Shown: one piece after another, positions 10,995-23,530 of the stretch
Numbering within the stretch: position 1 is the stretch's first letter
How the letters are laid out: each line of letters opens with the position of its first letter
Assembly: GCA_030704615.1 (NCBI GenBank)
Contig: CM060733.1
Location: forward strand, 59,396,001-59,460,000
Length of the DNA: 64,000 nt
DNA from: Takakia lepidozioides
Taxonomy: Eukaryota > Plantae > Bryophyta
Reading direction: 5' to 3'
Position numbers and translations under genes: made by a program
Notes under the pieces: model-generated
What the model was told of the DNA's origin: nothing
Seen by the model: only the letters and a program-made list of their open reading frames with translations
Database searches by the model: none

Positions 10995-13900
10995 AATGAC
11001 GAGGCGTCGTTTGTTGGAGAACACAGGGCCAAGGCAGCAGGTGAACGCGGAGACTGATTCACAAGAGCAGACCGAGACTGAGGCAGCGGCTATGATACAG
11101 TCGGCGATAACAGTGCGCGTTGGAAACCAGCCTGTGGATGCAGATGACTCGCAGGGAAACTGAAGGAGGTGGAAGTACGAGGAACGCTGAACCGAGAGAA
11201 GGTCCAGAAACCCTAGAGCAGACAGAATTTCCAGCAAATGTGAGAGGGAAGAGGAAAGCTGCAGAAGGGGATCCAATTTCAAAACCTAAGAAGGCGCCAG
11301 TAAGTTTTCTCTAATTTACATTTCATTATTGAAGATCTGCGTAGAGATTGAGTGGAATGTCCCAGAAAGGGATTGTCGCTACCGACCATCACCATGAAAC
11401 AACGGTGATTTGCTTTCTACTCCTCTGTTAAGGGTTTACCGCACAATGAATGGGTGACTGACGGTACCGTCATTCACTATTGTTCAGATCATACAGTCTG
11501 TCTGATTGCCTTTCAAGCAGTCATTCCTCTTCTCTTCTTTAGTAGGAACATTTGATTGAAGTCTACTGAATTGCGAGCGTCGTTAACGCCATTCGATTCT
11601 CCTCATGAGATTTATGTACCTATGTGTTTGAAGAGAGAGTGAGGGTCGGCATATTCAGTCATATTGTTTTGCAATGCATTTTCTTTGTTTGAGGTTGAAC
11701 AGATAGAGAAGTGGAAAGGCGGCACTGCCAATCAAAGATTTGAAGACCATACTGTAGATTCAGGTAGAGTATCGATTGGAAAGTACTCTCGACATAGACA
11801 AGAAACAGTGAATGCTTGCGACGTTCATCACAATGGAGTCAATCTGAATAATCTGCACTTACTGTCCGCCCTAAACTATACTGAATGTCGTTGCCGCCAA
11901 TCACTTACACATATATGTCATTGCACAACAACGATCCGGCAGGTCCCACTCTTTTGTGATTGTCGTTAACGCCGTTCGCTCTTGCTCAAAACCTTTCTAT
12001 TCTTGTGTCCCTAGAATCATAGTGTTTTGTTTTGAATTCGGCAGGATCAGCTTTGCTTGTGTAGATGGTTCTGAAGTGATGGTCGTTACCGCCGTTCACT
12101 ATTTGCACATTACTCAGTCAGATTTGAATGGCATCGTGCAGAAAACTGTGAGGTCCAAGCCTACAGGATCAGAGGGGAAAGGATCTGGAGATGGGACGAG
12201 TCTGGAAAAAGCTCAGAGAATAACGATGAAGCAGATGAATCTGAAGTGCATTACCTTGACAAGGTGAAAGAACTCATGTCATTCCAGAAGGTAAACTCTC
12301 AGGAGGTTATAAGGGACATGCTCGTATCTGGAGGGCGTCTGGACATCCCTCTATGCCGGATGATATCTATGCCTGTTGTGCGTCCACCTCTTTCCCATGA
12401 CATAACAAAATTGGAGAGTGATTTCGTGCATGGATACAGACTTGGTGCACAAATTTTTTATGTGTCACTGACGGATATAAATGGGAAAAGCACATTAGTG
12501 TCTCCAGAGATCAGTGATACCTGGGATGAGTGCTGGAAAGATGCTAATGAGGAGTTCGAGCTGGGCCTCATGATGGGAAAGAACACCCAGCAATTCTGCA
12601 ACCACATGTTCTACGTCTGGGACGACAACCACCGATTGCTGGCATGGATGGGATACATTCAGATACATCATGCGAAAGACAAAGACAAGCATGTTGCTGT
12701 GGAGGCAATGGTTTTGGATCCAGGAAACGACATCGCTAGGCTTCTTACAGCTATGCACGACGTGAACAAGTAAGTCATCCTAGAGACTTCATTCCCTCTG
12801 TAGTGTCTTGTTAATCCCAAAAAAACAGTGTTAAGGAATGCAATGTTTCCAATGTTTTTGCAGATCGACAAAGAAATTGCATGTGACAACAAGCTTGGTC
12901 CACACACTATTCCAAATTCAGAGGATTGGTCTGATGAAGCTGGATGATTTTTGGACAGTACTCCCCCCCCAATATAATCAAGAAGTGCGAAACAGGAAGA
13001 GCTGCAGGCACTTGGTATTCTTTGACTCGAGAGGCGTTTCTAGAGTACATGTATGTGGTAAGCCCGAGTCTGTACTCAGTTTACTTTTCGAATACATGTT
13101 TGTAGTTCCTTCGGTGCTAATCACTATTTGAATCAATGTAGCAAGAACTGGCAGAGGCAGCTGAGAAGGGAAAATCCGAATATTACCGCACTACACCAGA
13201 AGAACTAAGGACATCAAAGGGTGTGGAAGCAACAATAAAAAAGGAGTTTGAAATGCGAAAAACCAAATTGATGTCCGCCTTCGGAAAGCAGCTTCGAATA
13301 GTAGATCCTGGACTTGGTTCTGAGTTCCTTCAGCAGATCAAATCTCACTATGACAAGCATGTGCACCCGGAGATGCAGCAGGAGAAATTGCACCGGCTGG
13401 CCATATCCATGGTCGACCCACAAACAAAAATAAGGTGGCTGGAGATATGGAACTCAGATCAAACAGTAAATGACTTGAATCAGTTCCCAAAGAGCACCAT
13501 ACAACCTGGCACAAAGGTGGAAGGAATCAGTGATTTGGTGTTTGATAACTGGCTCCACAAGGCTACATTTTGGAGTCAGGTGTGTATTCAAATAAGCCGT
13601 TTTCTTTTCTTCAATTATGTGATGAATATCTTATTTGCAATACTGACAAATATACAATTTGCAGCTCGAAAAGCGCGCCGTCATTGTGCTGGATCAAACT
13701 TTGAAGGACTTGAACATTTCGATCGTTTCCCCTCCCCAAATGTCATTGGAGGCATACATAAGGAAGTGGAGAGGTCTCACCTGGAGATACTGTTTTTTTC
13801 GGGAGTTCTCCAAAGATGGTAACATTTTACGGTCCAACGACTTTGACAGTTAGGTTGGAGGAGAGTGGGCCATGATGCGAGTTGTGTACAGGTGCAATAT

Positions 13901-16771
13901 CATACTGGAAACTCTACTGCAGTTTTTGGGAAATAATTTGGCTTCATAAGGATTGTAATCATAGATCCAAATTGAATGTCGTTGACGACATTCACTTCTT
14001 TGTCTGAGTCATTCTTAAGCGAGAATTTGAATTCACCTGGATTAGGAGCTTAGGGTGTATTTATAGTGTCCCTGATTAGAATTGATAATGTCCCTGAATG
14101 GCGTTGACGACATTCACATCCAGAGTTGTTAAGAGGTCCTCAGAGTTATGTAAGTTTTTGTAATGTCCATAGAGTTTACAGTGAGGGTTCCTCACTCCAG
14201 TTTGCTGAATGTCAATGCAAACATTCAGTTGTTCTGCAATGCTTTTGCCTCTTGCGAGAAATCTTGAGGCTTGATTAGCTGTGTTATCAGAGATCCAAAG
14301 TGAATGTCGTTGACGACATTCACTTCTATGTCTGTGTCATTCACCAGCGACAATTTGAATTTACATGGATTAGGAGCTTAGGGTGTATTTATTGGTTCCT
14401 TGTTCGGAATTTTGTGAATGGCGTTGACGCCATTCACATCCAGTGTTATTATGAGGTCCTCAGTGTTATGTACGTTTTGAATGTCCATTGAGTTTTTAGG
14501 GAGGGTTCCTTACTCGAGTTTCTGAATGTCGTTGCCGACATTCAGTTTCCATCCAATGATTTTGCCTCTTTTGAGAAATCATTAGGCTTGATTAGCAGTG
14601 TATTCACAAATCCAAAGTGAATGACGTTGACGACATTCACTTCTATGTCTGTGTCATTCCAAAGCAAGAGTTTGCATTCACGTGGATTAGGGTGTATTTG
14701 CAGTATCATTGAATGGAATTTTTTGAATGGCGTTGACGACATTCACATCCAGAGCTGTCGCGTGGTCCTGAGAGCTCCTTGGAGCAGTTCTCAGAGCCAT
14801 TTCATTCCATGTTTTTTTCATTTTGTGCTACTTGCATCTTACTCACTTCGCGCTTTGGTGGGTTGGGATTTATCTCCTGTTTAACAGGTACACGAAATAT
14901 GTGCTTATGGAAGGAAATCACCTGAGCGGTATTCCAGACTATCTTGACATGTGGTCGGACCCTGCAAACGATCCAACCATGTATACTGCAGGGATATTGA
15001 AGGACTGGAGTCCTTCTCACTTCAGAGACTGTGGCTGGTACCTTGACTGCCCACCTTTCAAGAACAGCACATGAAATATTTGAACAATAATACTGAGATG
15101 CTGGCGCCTCTGACTGACGAGCAGTACCAAAGAAACATAGCAACATTGGCTGCCAAGGAGCCTGATGCTCAGGGAACGCCGCAGAAGGGAAAGAAGGCGG
15201 GCCGCAAACCAAAAGACAAGGCTCTGATGTCATAGCCATCTCACCAGCAAAGCCAAAGGACAAAGACAAGTCCAAAGAGAAGGAAAAGGACAAGGATGAA
15301 GGAAGGAGAAAGAAAAGGAGATGGAGAAGGAAAAGGAGAGTGTGTAGACTTCACTGCTGGAAGATATACCCGCACAGTTCAGTGCGTGTTCGATGCCAAG
15401 CCACACCCTTCCCGTTCTGATTCGGCAGGAGAGATTAAAATTGTCAATGAGGGTTGGCTGGCGATGATGCAGAGTCGAAAGAGAGGATACACTGGGGTGC
15501 CTTCGCCTACCTGGGACAACATAATCTCATTCCTCAATCTGGTGAGAATTCCAGTTTCTTTCCTTTTTCTCTGAAAGTTTCATTGGCAGTATTTCAGTCT
15601 GGTTCTTTGAAAACATTCTTGCCATCGTTCTTAAAATAAACATGTCTGTTGCAGGTGAGCACTGGTCCCACCTTCGTGTGCGGTGTGCAGAAAACATATG
15701 CGGCTGACATTGTCATTCTCGACATCCCGGATGGCCAGGCTGTGCCAGAAGTTCTTCCAAAGGGCAAGACGCCAGGCTGGAACAAATTCGAGGACAACTA
15801 CTGGAGTTGGGTGTTCGGGTTCTGTAATAATTTCCTCTCTGATGCAGGGACACTTCTGCTTTTTCAGTCATGTGACAAAGATAGTCGTCGGGCATTGGCA
15901 TCATACCTGAAGTCTTCAGGGTTTGAAGTTTTGCGCACATGGAATTGTGTGAACAGCCTCTACCTTGTGAAAGGGGGTTTCCCTGGTCAGCTGGTATGCC
16001 GTCTCCCTTCTGCTTGTGCTTTCATGATGAGTTTCAATGTTCTCTGCAGCTCCACTCTAGAAGAATCTGTCATGATCGACACCGATCATCACCGATTCGT
16101 GATAAAAATGATTGTTTTATGCCTGAGTTCTGAATAGCCGATGTACACACTTCCACTATAGATTGTGTTTACCACACTAACCTGCTATCTTTGGCAGACG
16201 AGGATGTTCGAGGCGATCTGCCTGCGGAGGATTCGCACCTCAAAGACACCATCCTCCATCCGCAACTTTGAGATTTCTGACCAGGGTTGTTTCGTCAACC
16301 CCCCCTATGAGCCGCATGTCGATGACATTTTGTACAACTTCATGCAGTCCAGTCAGACTCTGAAGAGACCAGATGGCACTCCCTGGAGAGGTGCAAAGGA
16401 AAAATCCCCAGCGTTCATGCAAATACTGCTGGAGTCATGCAGCCACCACTCTGCACGGGTGGTCGATCTTTCTGTGTCCACAGGTTCGTTCTCTCCCTTC
16501 CGAATTGATTTTCTTTCACCAGTTCCATTTGCTTAAATCCCCCCACCAAACTGTTCATGTCCTCCTGTCTGGTGCAGGAGCAACTTACCATGCATGCAAG
16601 GCAGGCGGAAGAAGCCTTTTTGGCATGGAGGGTGATTCTGACCTCTACAACACAGTGCTCCTCCCCCTTTTGTCTGGCTCCACTTCAGGCACACAGACTG
16701 ATCGGATTCAAATTCGAAATGATGACGATCCCGAAGATAAGCAGGTCGACAACGACTTTTCATGTGAGTAA
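10995..16771 (+). pseudogene. Multi-exon gene: ParB/Srx-like domain + beta-class N6A/N4C DNA methyltransferase-like domain (frameshifts and stops in the 5' half)
   Basis: GT-AG exons at approx. 10995-11299, 12142-12769 (FYVWDDNHRLLAW, like ParB DGNHR), 12864-13057, 13142-13579, 13665-13891, 14888-15541, 15655-15993 (ADIVILDIPDG, motif IV position), 16198-16483 (KEKSPAFMQILLESCS...VVDLSVSTG) and 16578-16771 (ATYHACKAGGRSLFGMEGD). Confidence 0.7.
13960..14760. repeat. Intronic array of 8 palindromes GAATGNCG-N4-CGNCATTC, ~95-122-bp spacing, ~320-bp higher-order period
   Basis: Copies start at 13974, 14096, 14207, 14302, 14416, 14524, 14619 and 14725. Confidence 0.9.
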
Positions 16772-17799
16772 GTGCTAAACCCACTTTGGGAGCCATACTC
16801 AATTTCTCAATAACATCAAAGTTACAGTAATAACTTTTTCAGGCTGTCTTTCAGGAAAGGCAGCGGTGGATCTTCAGGAGATACAGTCATTTGTGGCGAG
16901 TCTGTTTTCGACAGCCCCCTTTCCAATTTTCTGCTTCCTGATTATGCCGAAGCAATGGCACTTCACGCGGCCGAGTCCCTATCCCCTGACTTTTTACTGC
17001 CCGGCCGTAGGTGTAGCCAGCGTAGATCCGGAGTTCTTAAATACTTAGACTTAGATGCAGAGGAAGCGGGGATACATTGTACTGACTCTGAGTCAGACTG
17101 AACTATGTTCTTTTAATATTCTGTTTCATCCTCTTTGGAAAACGTTGAATCCCCTTCCTCCACCGTTGTTGTTCCTTTGGAAAGAAAAATAATCAAAGAA
17201 TCAACTACCATTTATATTGCAATATGTATGAATCCATCTCACAAACCTCCCTCACTCTTGTCATATCCATTGTGCTTTCATCTACAGTGTATTCATGCGT
17301 GCTCCATTCATGAATGTTTTCCTTTGTTCAACATCCATTGTACATTCATCCTCTGTACTCTTTAATCCACCCCACAAACCTACCACACTCATGTCATATA
17401 CGTTGTGCATTCGTCTAAAGTTTTAGTCATGCATCTTCCTGTCATGAATGTTTTTCATTGCTCAACATCCATTATACATTCATCCATTTGACTCTTATCC
17501 ATCCCTCATTCATCCATCTACATTCATTTTTCACACTCATCCATCTGTTTATCATCCAACTGTACATTCATCCATCCTTTATTCATCTGTTGCTTTCAGG
17601 TGGGAATGACCACTGCCTTTTATTATGTCGTCCAGCTTGTTTCCGCGGTAAAGGGTGTCAATCCGCGGGAATACACTCCACTTCTTCTTGGGCGCGTGGT
17701 GACGCAGTCTTCAAGTGTGATGACGTGGAGTAAGCCCCGTGATGTGGCATTGGCGCAAGGTGACATGGCGTGAGCGTAGTTGCGCTCACGTGACCAGGC

Positions 17800-18563
17800 T
17801 CACGCCGAGGCATCCCCTGGAGTTCAACGCCATGGATACTCAATTGAAGATCATGAATTACAGGCAAACGACTAACGATGGGGCTACTTTTGCACCCGAC
17901 CTCTTGATCTATCGACTTCAGATGTTGGGACTTGTATGATTGAAGACCAAACGATGATCTTATTGGGTGGATACTTGTCAGCTATCTGGTGTTAGAGGGA
18001 CCTAATCACCAGCTAAGGGGACGATTGTGGTATAGCTTTCTAAGATTGTGTGCTTAGATTGTGTGGTGGACAACGATGTATGTTGTGGCACAATGCTTAG
18101 GTGCACGACAGGTGTCATGGTTTTAGTCACGGTTATCTATAATTACTTACTTCTAGATAACTAGGATATTTTAGATATTTATATTTATATTTTGTGTGTT
18201 GGGACTTCATTTGGTCTCATATGCCAAGTGAGGTGTCGAGCCTCACTTGGGACATGGAGATAGGTTTTCCCCTTGTGAGGATGGAGGAGGCTCATCTTCT
18301 TGTAGATGAGCCTCCATGAGTCTCTCTTACCTCCATAACTCTAGGTATTGAGAGGGAATGTGTTGAGGGCTTTGTAGGGTGGATTTCCTTAGCAAGGGTG
18401 CCATTGGCTTGACTTAGTTTATGTGATTGAGTGGATTCATGAGTGGAGGGTTTCCATTGTGTTCACTTTCATTATCATTGTGATATAGCTTTCTAGGATT
18501 GTGTGCTTAGATTGTGTGGTGGACAACAATATATGTTGTGGCACGATGCTTAAGTGCACGACA
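17800..18563 (+). mobile_element. 3' end of a related gypsy subfamily with A-B-A termini (A1 18024-18110, B 18113-18476, A2 18477-18563)
   Basis: Shares the CGACTAACGATGGGGC...CTCTTGATCTATCGA and TTAGAGGGACCTAA..CACCAGCTA blocks with 768-922. A ends GCACGACA, B starts TGTCA and ends TTATC. Confidence 0.85.
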
Positions 18564-19208
18564 CTACCTTTGAGCTGATGGCGTCAATGCCGGAGACACA
18601 CCCACAAAAAATAAAATAAAAATGATTTTGTTTTTTAATATTCAAGTGATTTTAAGCATACCTTGAAGCTGATGGCGCGAACGCCATCTGGAGCACAAAA
18701 AAATAAAAATAAAAACTTTAATTGAGCTTTTAAAAATTCTAATAAATTTCATCAACTTAGAGAAAACGTTGTTGCTGCTCTCCACTCCAAATGTGTCTAA
18801 TCGCATTATATTTTGGATACACAGAGCTCGTCTCATTAAATCCAAGAACGAGGTTCTTTGCAACATTCATCATTTTTTTTTTAATGACCAAAATTGACTA
18901 TCAACGTGTAACAAAATAAAACAAAAATAAACTTAATTCTGTCAATGTCATTCATTTGTTTTCTGAAAACTTGAATCAAATTCATTGATTTCTCATATAT
19001 CCAACTCATTTGTTGGCCCTGCCCTCAGGCAGAGACTACGCAATTGGTTTCTCCCGCTTGTCGCGGGACCAACTTTTCGCGCGACCAATGTTTTTGTTGG
19101 ATGACAATGATTGTCATTGTCACATTGACATCCATTGTCCATTAACAAAGATTGTCATCCATTGGCACACCCTTACCGTCGTATCCATAGCACAGTAGGC
19201 ATGAAACG

Positions 19209-19322
19209 ATGAGGAATTAGGATACAGTGAAGCTGATAAGCGTAGAGGGTTTTGAGTTCATGATATTGACCGCAAGGCTGCACTCGTCTCCAACACTCTT
19301 AAAAACATGCTTACTTCAACTG
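19209..19322 (+). pseudogene. Elongin C first-exon pseudogene
   Basis: Reads MRN*DTVKLISVEGFEF, then after a frameshift IDRKAALVSNTLKNMLTSTG followed by GT. This matches the plant Elongin C N-terminus. Confidence 0.75.
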
Positions 19323-19589
19323 GTACACAACTTTTTCTTTCCTTGTTTTCCATTGCTATGCGTCTACTCTGTGCACGTCTGCCAAATGCATGTTTCTCTT
19401 TTCGTGGCCTCTTTTGATTTCTTGAAGGTTATTGTGCCCGTTGTCCCCCTCTTCTTTCCTTAACTGCTTCGTGTCTATCCTCCTTGCTTTTTGTCTACAA
19501 ATGGTGTTCACAAAGTCTTATGTAGTCAAATGTAAGTGTGAAATGCACTTAGGGTTCATTCCTACATTTGGGACTGATTGTGAATGAAG

Positions 19590-20350
19590 AGAATGTATTC
19601 GTAAGATTGTGTTTGTCGTAGCCTTGTGGCCATAGATCCTACCCCCAGGTTGGACGGACACATAGGGAATTAGGCACTACCTTTGTGAAGGGCTCATTCC
19701 AGTAGTGTAACTTACCTCGATATAAACAATTAGTTTGGGCTTTCCAGATATCCTTTAGAAAGACCTTCGCTCAAGCATCGATGGCTGTGATGAGCAGCCC
19801 AAAAGTTAGATCCGAACAGGGCCAAGGCAGCTCAGCCTCGAGATTTTCAAAGTTGGTGAACAGAGGTGCAGGAACCATGTTTTTGATGGACCTGAAAAGG
19901 GTCAGTCTCTGGTGAGAATACCCCGGACAATGTATAACAAATGTATAACATGTTGTCGTTAGGCTGACCACACATCGGGTAATTACAATCTTCTCTTCCT
20001 CTTTGTATGCATCTTCTTTTTGTTCAAATGTAGAATCCCCAGTCTGAGTTTAAAATTCAGTCTGGTGGTAAGGGTAGGCAGGCCCTTGGGATCAATCCTT
20101 AAGGTCTTTGTCCATGTCACAGACTGGATACAAGTTCAGCGAAGCTTTATGCCTAACTTTATTTTCATCTGACAGTCTTTGAGCATCAGACATAGTTTTG
20201 AACAACCAGTCCAGGTCAGCTTCATCCAATAGGATACTTGAATATCTCTCTACCATTTTGGTCAAGACTTGGCCTGCTTAACAGGACTGTCTTGATTCTA
20301 AGAAATAGAGTCGATTATCCCCTTAAGCTCTCGACATGATGAATGCAGGT
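19590..20350 (-). mobile_element. LINE 3' fragment (same family as 45761-46827)
   Basis: Reverse complement contains TGGCCACAAGGCTA, GATATCTGGAAA and the HCPGYSHQR zinc-knuckle region shared with the 45.8-46.8 kb copy. Confidence 0.75.
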
Positions 20351-20506
20351 CGGACAGTGAGGTTATTTGACAACACACGCCTAACACCGTATACCCTCAC
20401 AAATAGAGGGTAAAGGTGCCCAGCTCTAAGTCAGCCTTTCATATGAATATGAATTGTCTGTTGTCTAGGTTGCTTTGAATGCTCCTAGACATCCTGCAAT
20501 TCTGCA

Positions 20507-20510
<4 letters not shown>

Positions 20511-20555
<45 letters not shown>
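20511..20555. repeat. (GA)n microsatellite
   Basis: About 22 GA units. Confidence 0.95.
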
Positions 20556-20556
<1 letters not shown>

Positions 20557-23148
20557 ATTGCAGCCTGTTCCCTGACTAACATTGGGCTAGTGCGCACATA
20601 CAGCTAATTACAACCTAGTTGATTGAATGCTCATTTAGTAGGCTCGGACATCATGCTAGAAAACACTATGTTGATCCCATGCACTGCCAGTCACGTAGAT
20701 ATCATCGCCCTAGTTCTTTGCATGAAGCATGACGTTGTTGCCTCGAGTACTTGTGTTTTTCATGATGCCACTTGACCTCATAGCAACAAGTTTTCAACAG
20801 GATGAGGCTATGAAGGTATGTCTCCTTGCGAAAGCATTCCTCACATTTATATTTTGTGTCTCTCTCTCTCTCTCTGTCTTTCAACACTATTTCAGTCATA
20901 ACCTAAGGTTGCCCTTGGCTTTTATGACTCTCTTCCACGTAGTCCATTGGTAGTGGAGGTTGAACCCATTGATGTGGTAGTACTTATAGCGATGACAACA
21001 ATTGACGTATTCTATGCTAGATCTTAGGTCTAATTATCTTTTAAAATTATGTTTGTTAGCATGTGAAGAATAACTAGTGTTGCTCTATGAAGTCACAAGT
21101 GTTTGATCTTGCGAATGTTGGTGCCCACCTTGGCCCGCTTATATCAGGTAGTGAGGCCTATCAGCAAGCATGTATGCATGTCTCTTTGTTTTTGAATCAC
21201 ACATATGAAATACTGTAACATAAATTATAGCATATATGCTTATCTTATGTGATCAATTATTCTACACAAGTTCATTGCTAATAATGTAGCCCTTAGGTTG
21301 AAAGTTTCTTTTTACCATTGATCCAAATTGCTTCTTGATTAATTTGATTGATCTTTCAAGTTCTTGCCATCAGCCATAAGTAATTAACCATCAGCCATAA
21401 ACTATCTGCCACAAGCTATAAGCAAAGGTCACTTGGTATTTGCCGAAGTGACAAAGCAAAAGCTTCATCAGCTCATCAATGATTACATATTAAATTTATT
21501 TATCAATATTTGAGCTCCGGTTTGTCTGATAGAGTATCATTGATAGATTATGCTCAAGTTTTTATGCTCAATCAATTAGTAATGACTCAAGTCAAAGTAC
21601 AAAAATAGCAGCTGGAGATATTAAGTTGAACATTCAATTATGTTATAGTTAATTTTGCTCAATTAGCTTTAATTATTAGCGAATCAAGAATGTTAGAATA
21701 GCAGCTAGAGATAACTCAAGCAAACCTTGTTTACGTTTTCTTCATACAACTTTAGATGTATTATATTTTTTTATATGATAAAGCACCATAATTTTGTCCA
21801 ACAATTTTTATAGGATATTTTGATATCAACCTTCATAAGCCTAACAATGAATCTAAATCATTCAGGACAAATCACCATTTTCATTTTACATTCAAAAAAT
21901 CTACAATAACTGGTGTTTCATAATTTTTGAATCTGAGGTGTCGGAGATATTGAATTTCAAGTATTTTTTTTGTCATTGAAAATTCATGAAAATAACAAAT
22001 TGGGTATATCTGGAATATGTAAATGACAGACATTATGATCTCATCAGCATAGGTCACACTGGTATGGATAAATGCACCTCCACAACATTATTTGTCTAGG
22101 AAAAATGAAGCATACTAGACTGACCACAAACCAGTTTTTCTAGCATTTAAATTCCCGGAATATGTCAATCGTTTCACAACCAATTCATAATTATGTTAAG
22201 GCAGCCTGGCTTGCATGTAACCATGCATTTGTTTCTGAAAACTTGAAACCATCCATTTGTTTTGTCAGAATTTGAATTGAACTATATATACATCAGTTTT
22301 AAAGTGCAGGTTAGTATCAACTTGATGACACAATATCCTCATGAATGATCAGAATAATGTTTCTTTGGGCCGGCCTAATTGAAATTAAAGTTCAGTTCAT
22401 GTCGGTGCCTAGTGATATTGTGCAAATGTTTGAGCCTTGATTACGATGATCAAGTTAATTGAATCATCGTTTAATCAGCTTAGTTATTCAGGTGTTTAGT
22501 GCAAATGTTTTTAAGAACCAGGATTACGTTCAGTCTTTCATATGCACGATATTGCTTAAAGCTGATCATAGACTTTCTATCAAATATATTATTTTTTGAA
22601 ATGTCGCCTTCAATTCAGATTCTGGACGTGAATTTAATCAATATAGCTTCTAAAGTTGTACGAAATCCTGAAACCATTCCAATGTTTGTTTTTTGAACAC
22701 ATGAAACCTTGAAGGGAGTAATTGACGAGCGTATCGCGTTTAGATTGTTAAAAATGTTAAAGAAATCAATAGATGCAGCAACATACTATGTTGAAATGGA
22801 AAATCCTACTCAAAACACAACCTGATTTCTATTTCTATGGATTGAAGCCCCTCATCCAAGGTTGTGGAACGCATCCACTAGGGTCTACCCCTCATGGCAA
22901 CAACAATTGAGTTTGGCTTTCACAACATTGGTGCGTAACACCTTTTCCGCACCTCTCTCCACACCTCTCCTAAGAGTATTCTATTGTGATTGGGGACGTG
23001 GAGAGGTGGTGGATGTGGGGAATGTGATCTTGATTTCGTAGATGGTGAAAGGAAGATTTCTCAGCACAGACTTGTGCTTCGTTTGAATCTTGGAATGCCA
23101 CGAACAATATCCAATAGAAAATCCTAGGTTCGAAAATTACATAGATTG

Positions 23149-23530
23149 TCAACCGTGCTTCCTATGAACCTGCCAACGCTCAATCAGGATTGTCCCTGCT
23201 AAATTATTGATGTGAAGGAGAATCGCGACTCGTGTTTTCCCATCACTTTTCGTTAACCAGTATCTCAGATCGCCTCGGAGCATTTCTAAGGACTCCGAAA
23301 CTCCAACCTCCACGACAAAGGATGGCCAGTCGGATCGCAAATGACGAGAATAAGGCTTCCAAGCGACGTCGGGTTCCTTGGATCTCCCTTCATGTTCCAA
23401 GTGGTTTTATCGAGCTTAGTGTAGGGTCACTTAAACGCAAAACCTCCTCGAATATATACTTAAACTCCTCTATCGCGCACTCACTACACTAGGCTTCAAT
23501 TTGACGATCAGAGTTGATATGTAGTCCAAG
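23149..23530 (-). pseudogene. Uma2-like PD-(D/E)XK restriction-endonuclease-fold fragment
   Basis: KEPDVAWKP...DWPSFVVEVGVSESLEMLRGDLRYWL...G...AILLHI, with an upstream broken frame LIVKLKPS. Confidence 0.6.

Noticed and set aside
13960-14760. CRISPR-like array of spaced palindromes
   Set aside because: The spacers are ~80-100 bp and repeat each other with a ~320-bp period. The array is in a eukaryotic intron with no cas genes.
17200-17600. His/Ile-rich ORFs
   Set aside because: Low-complexity CATC/ATTC repeats.
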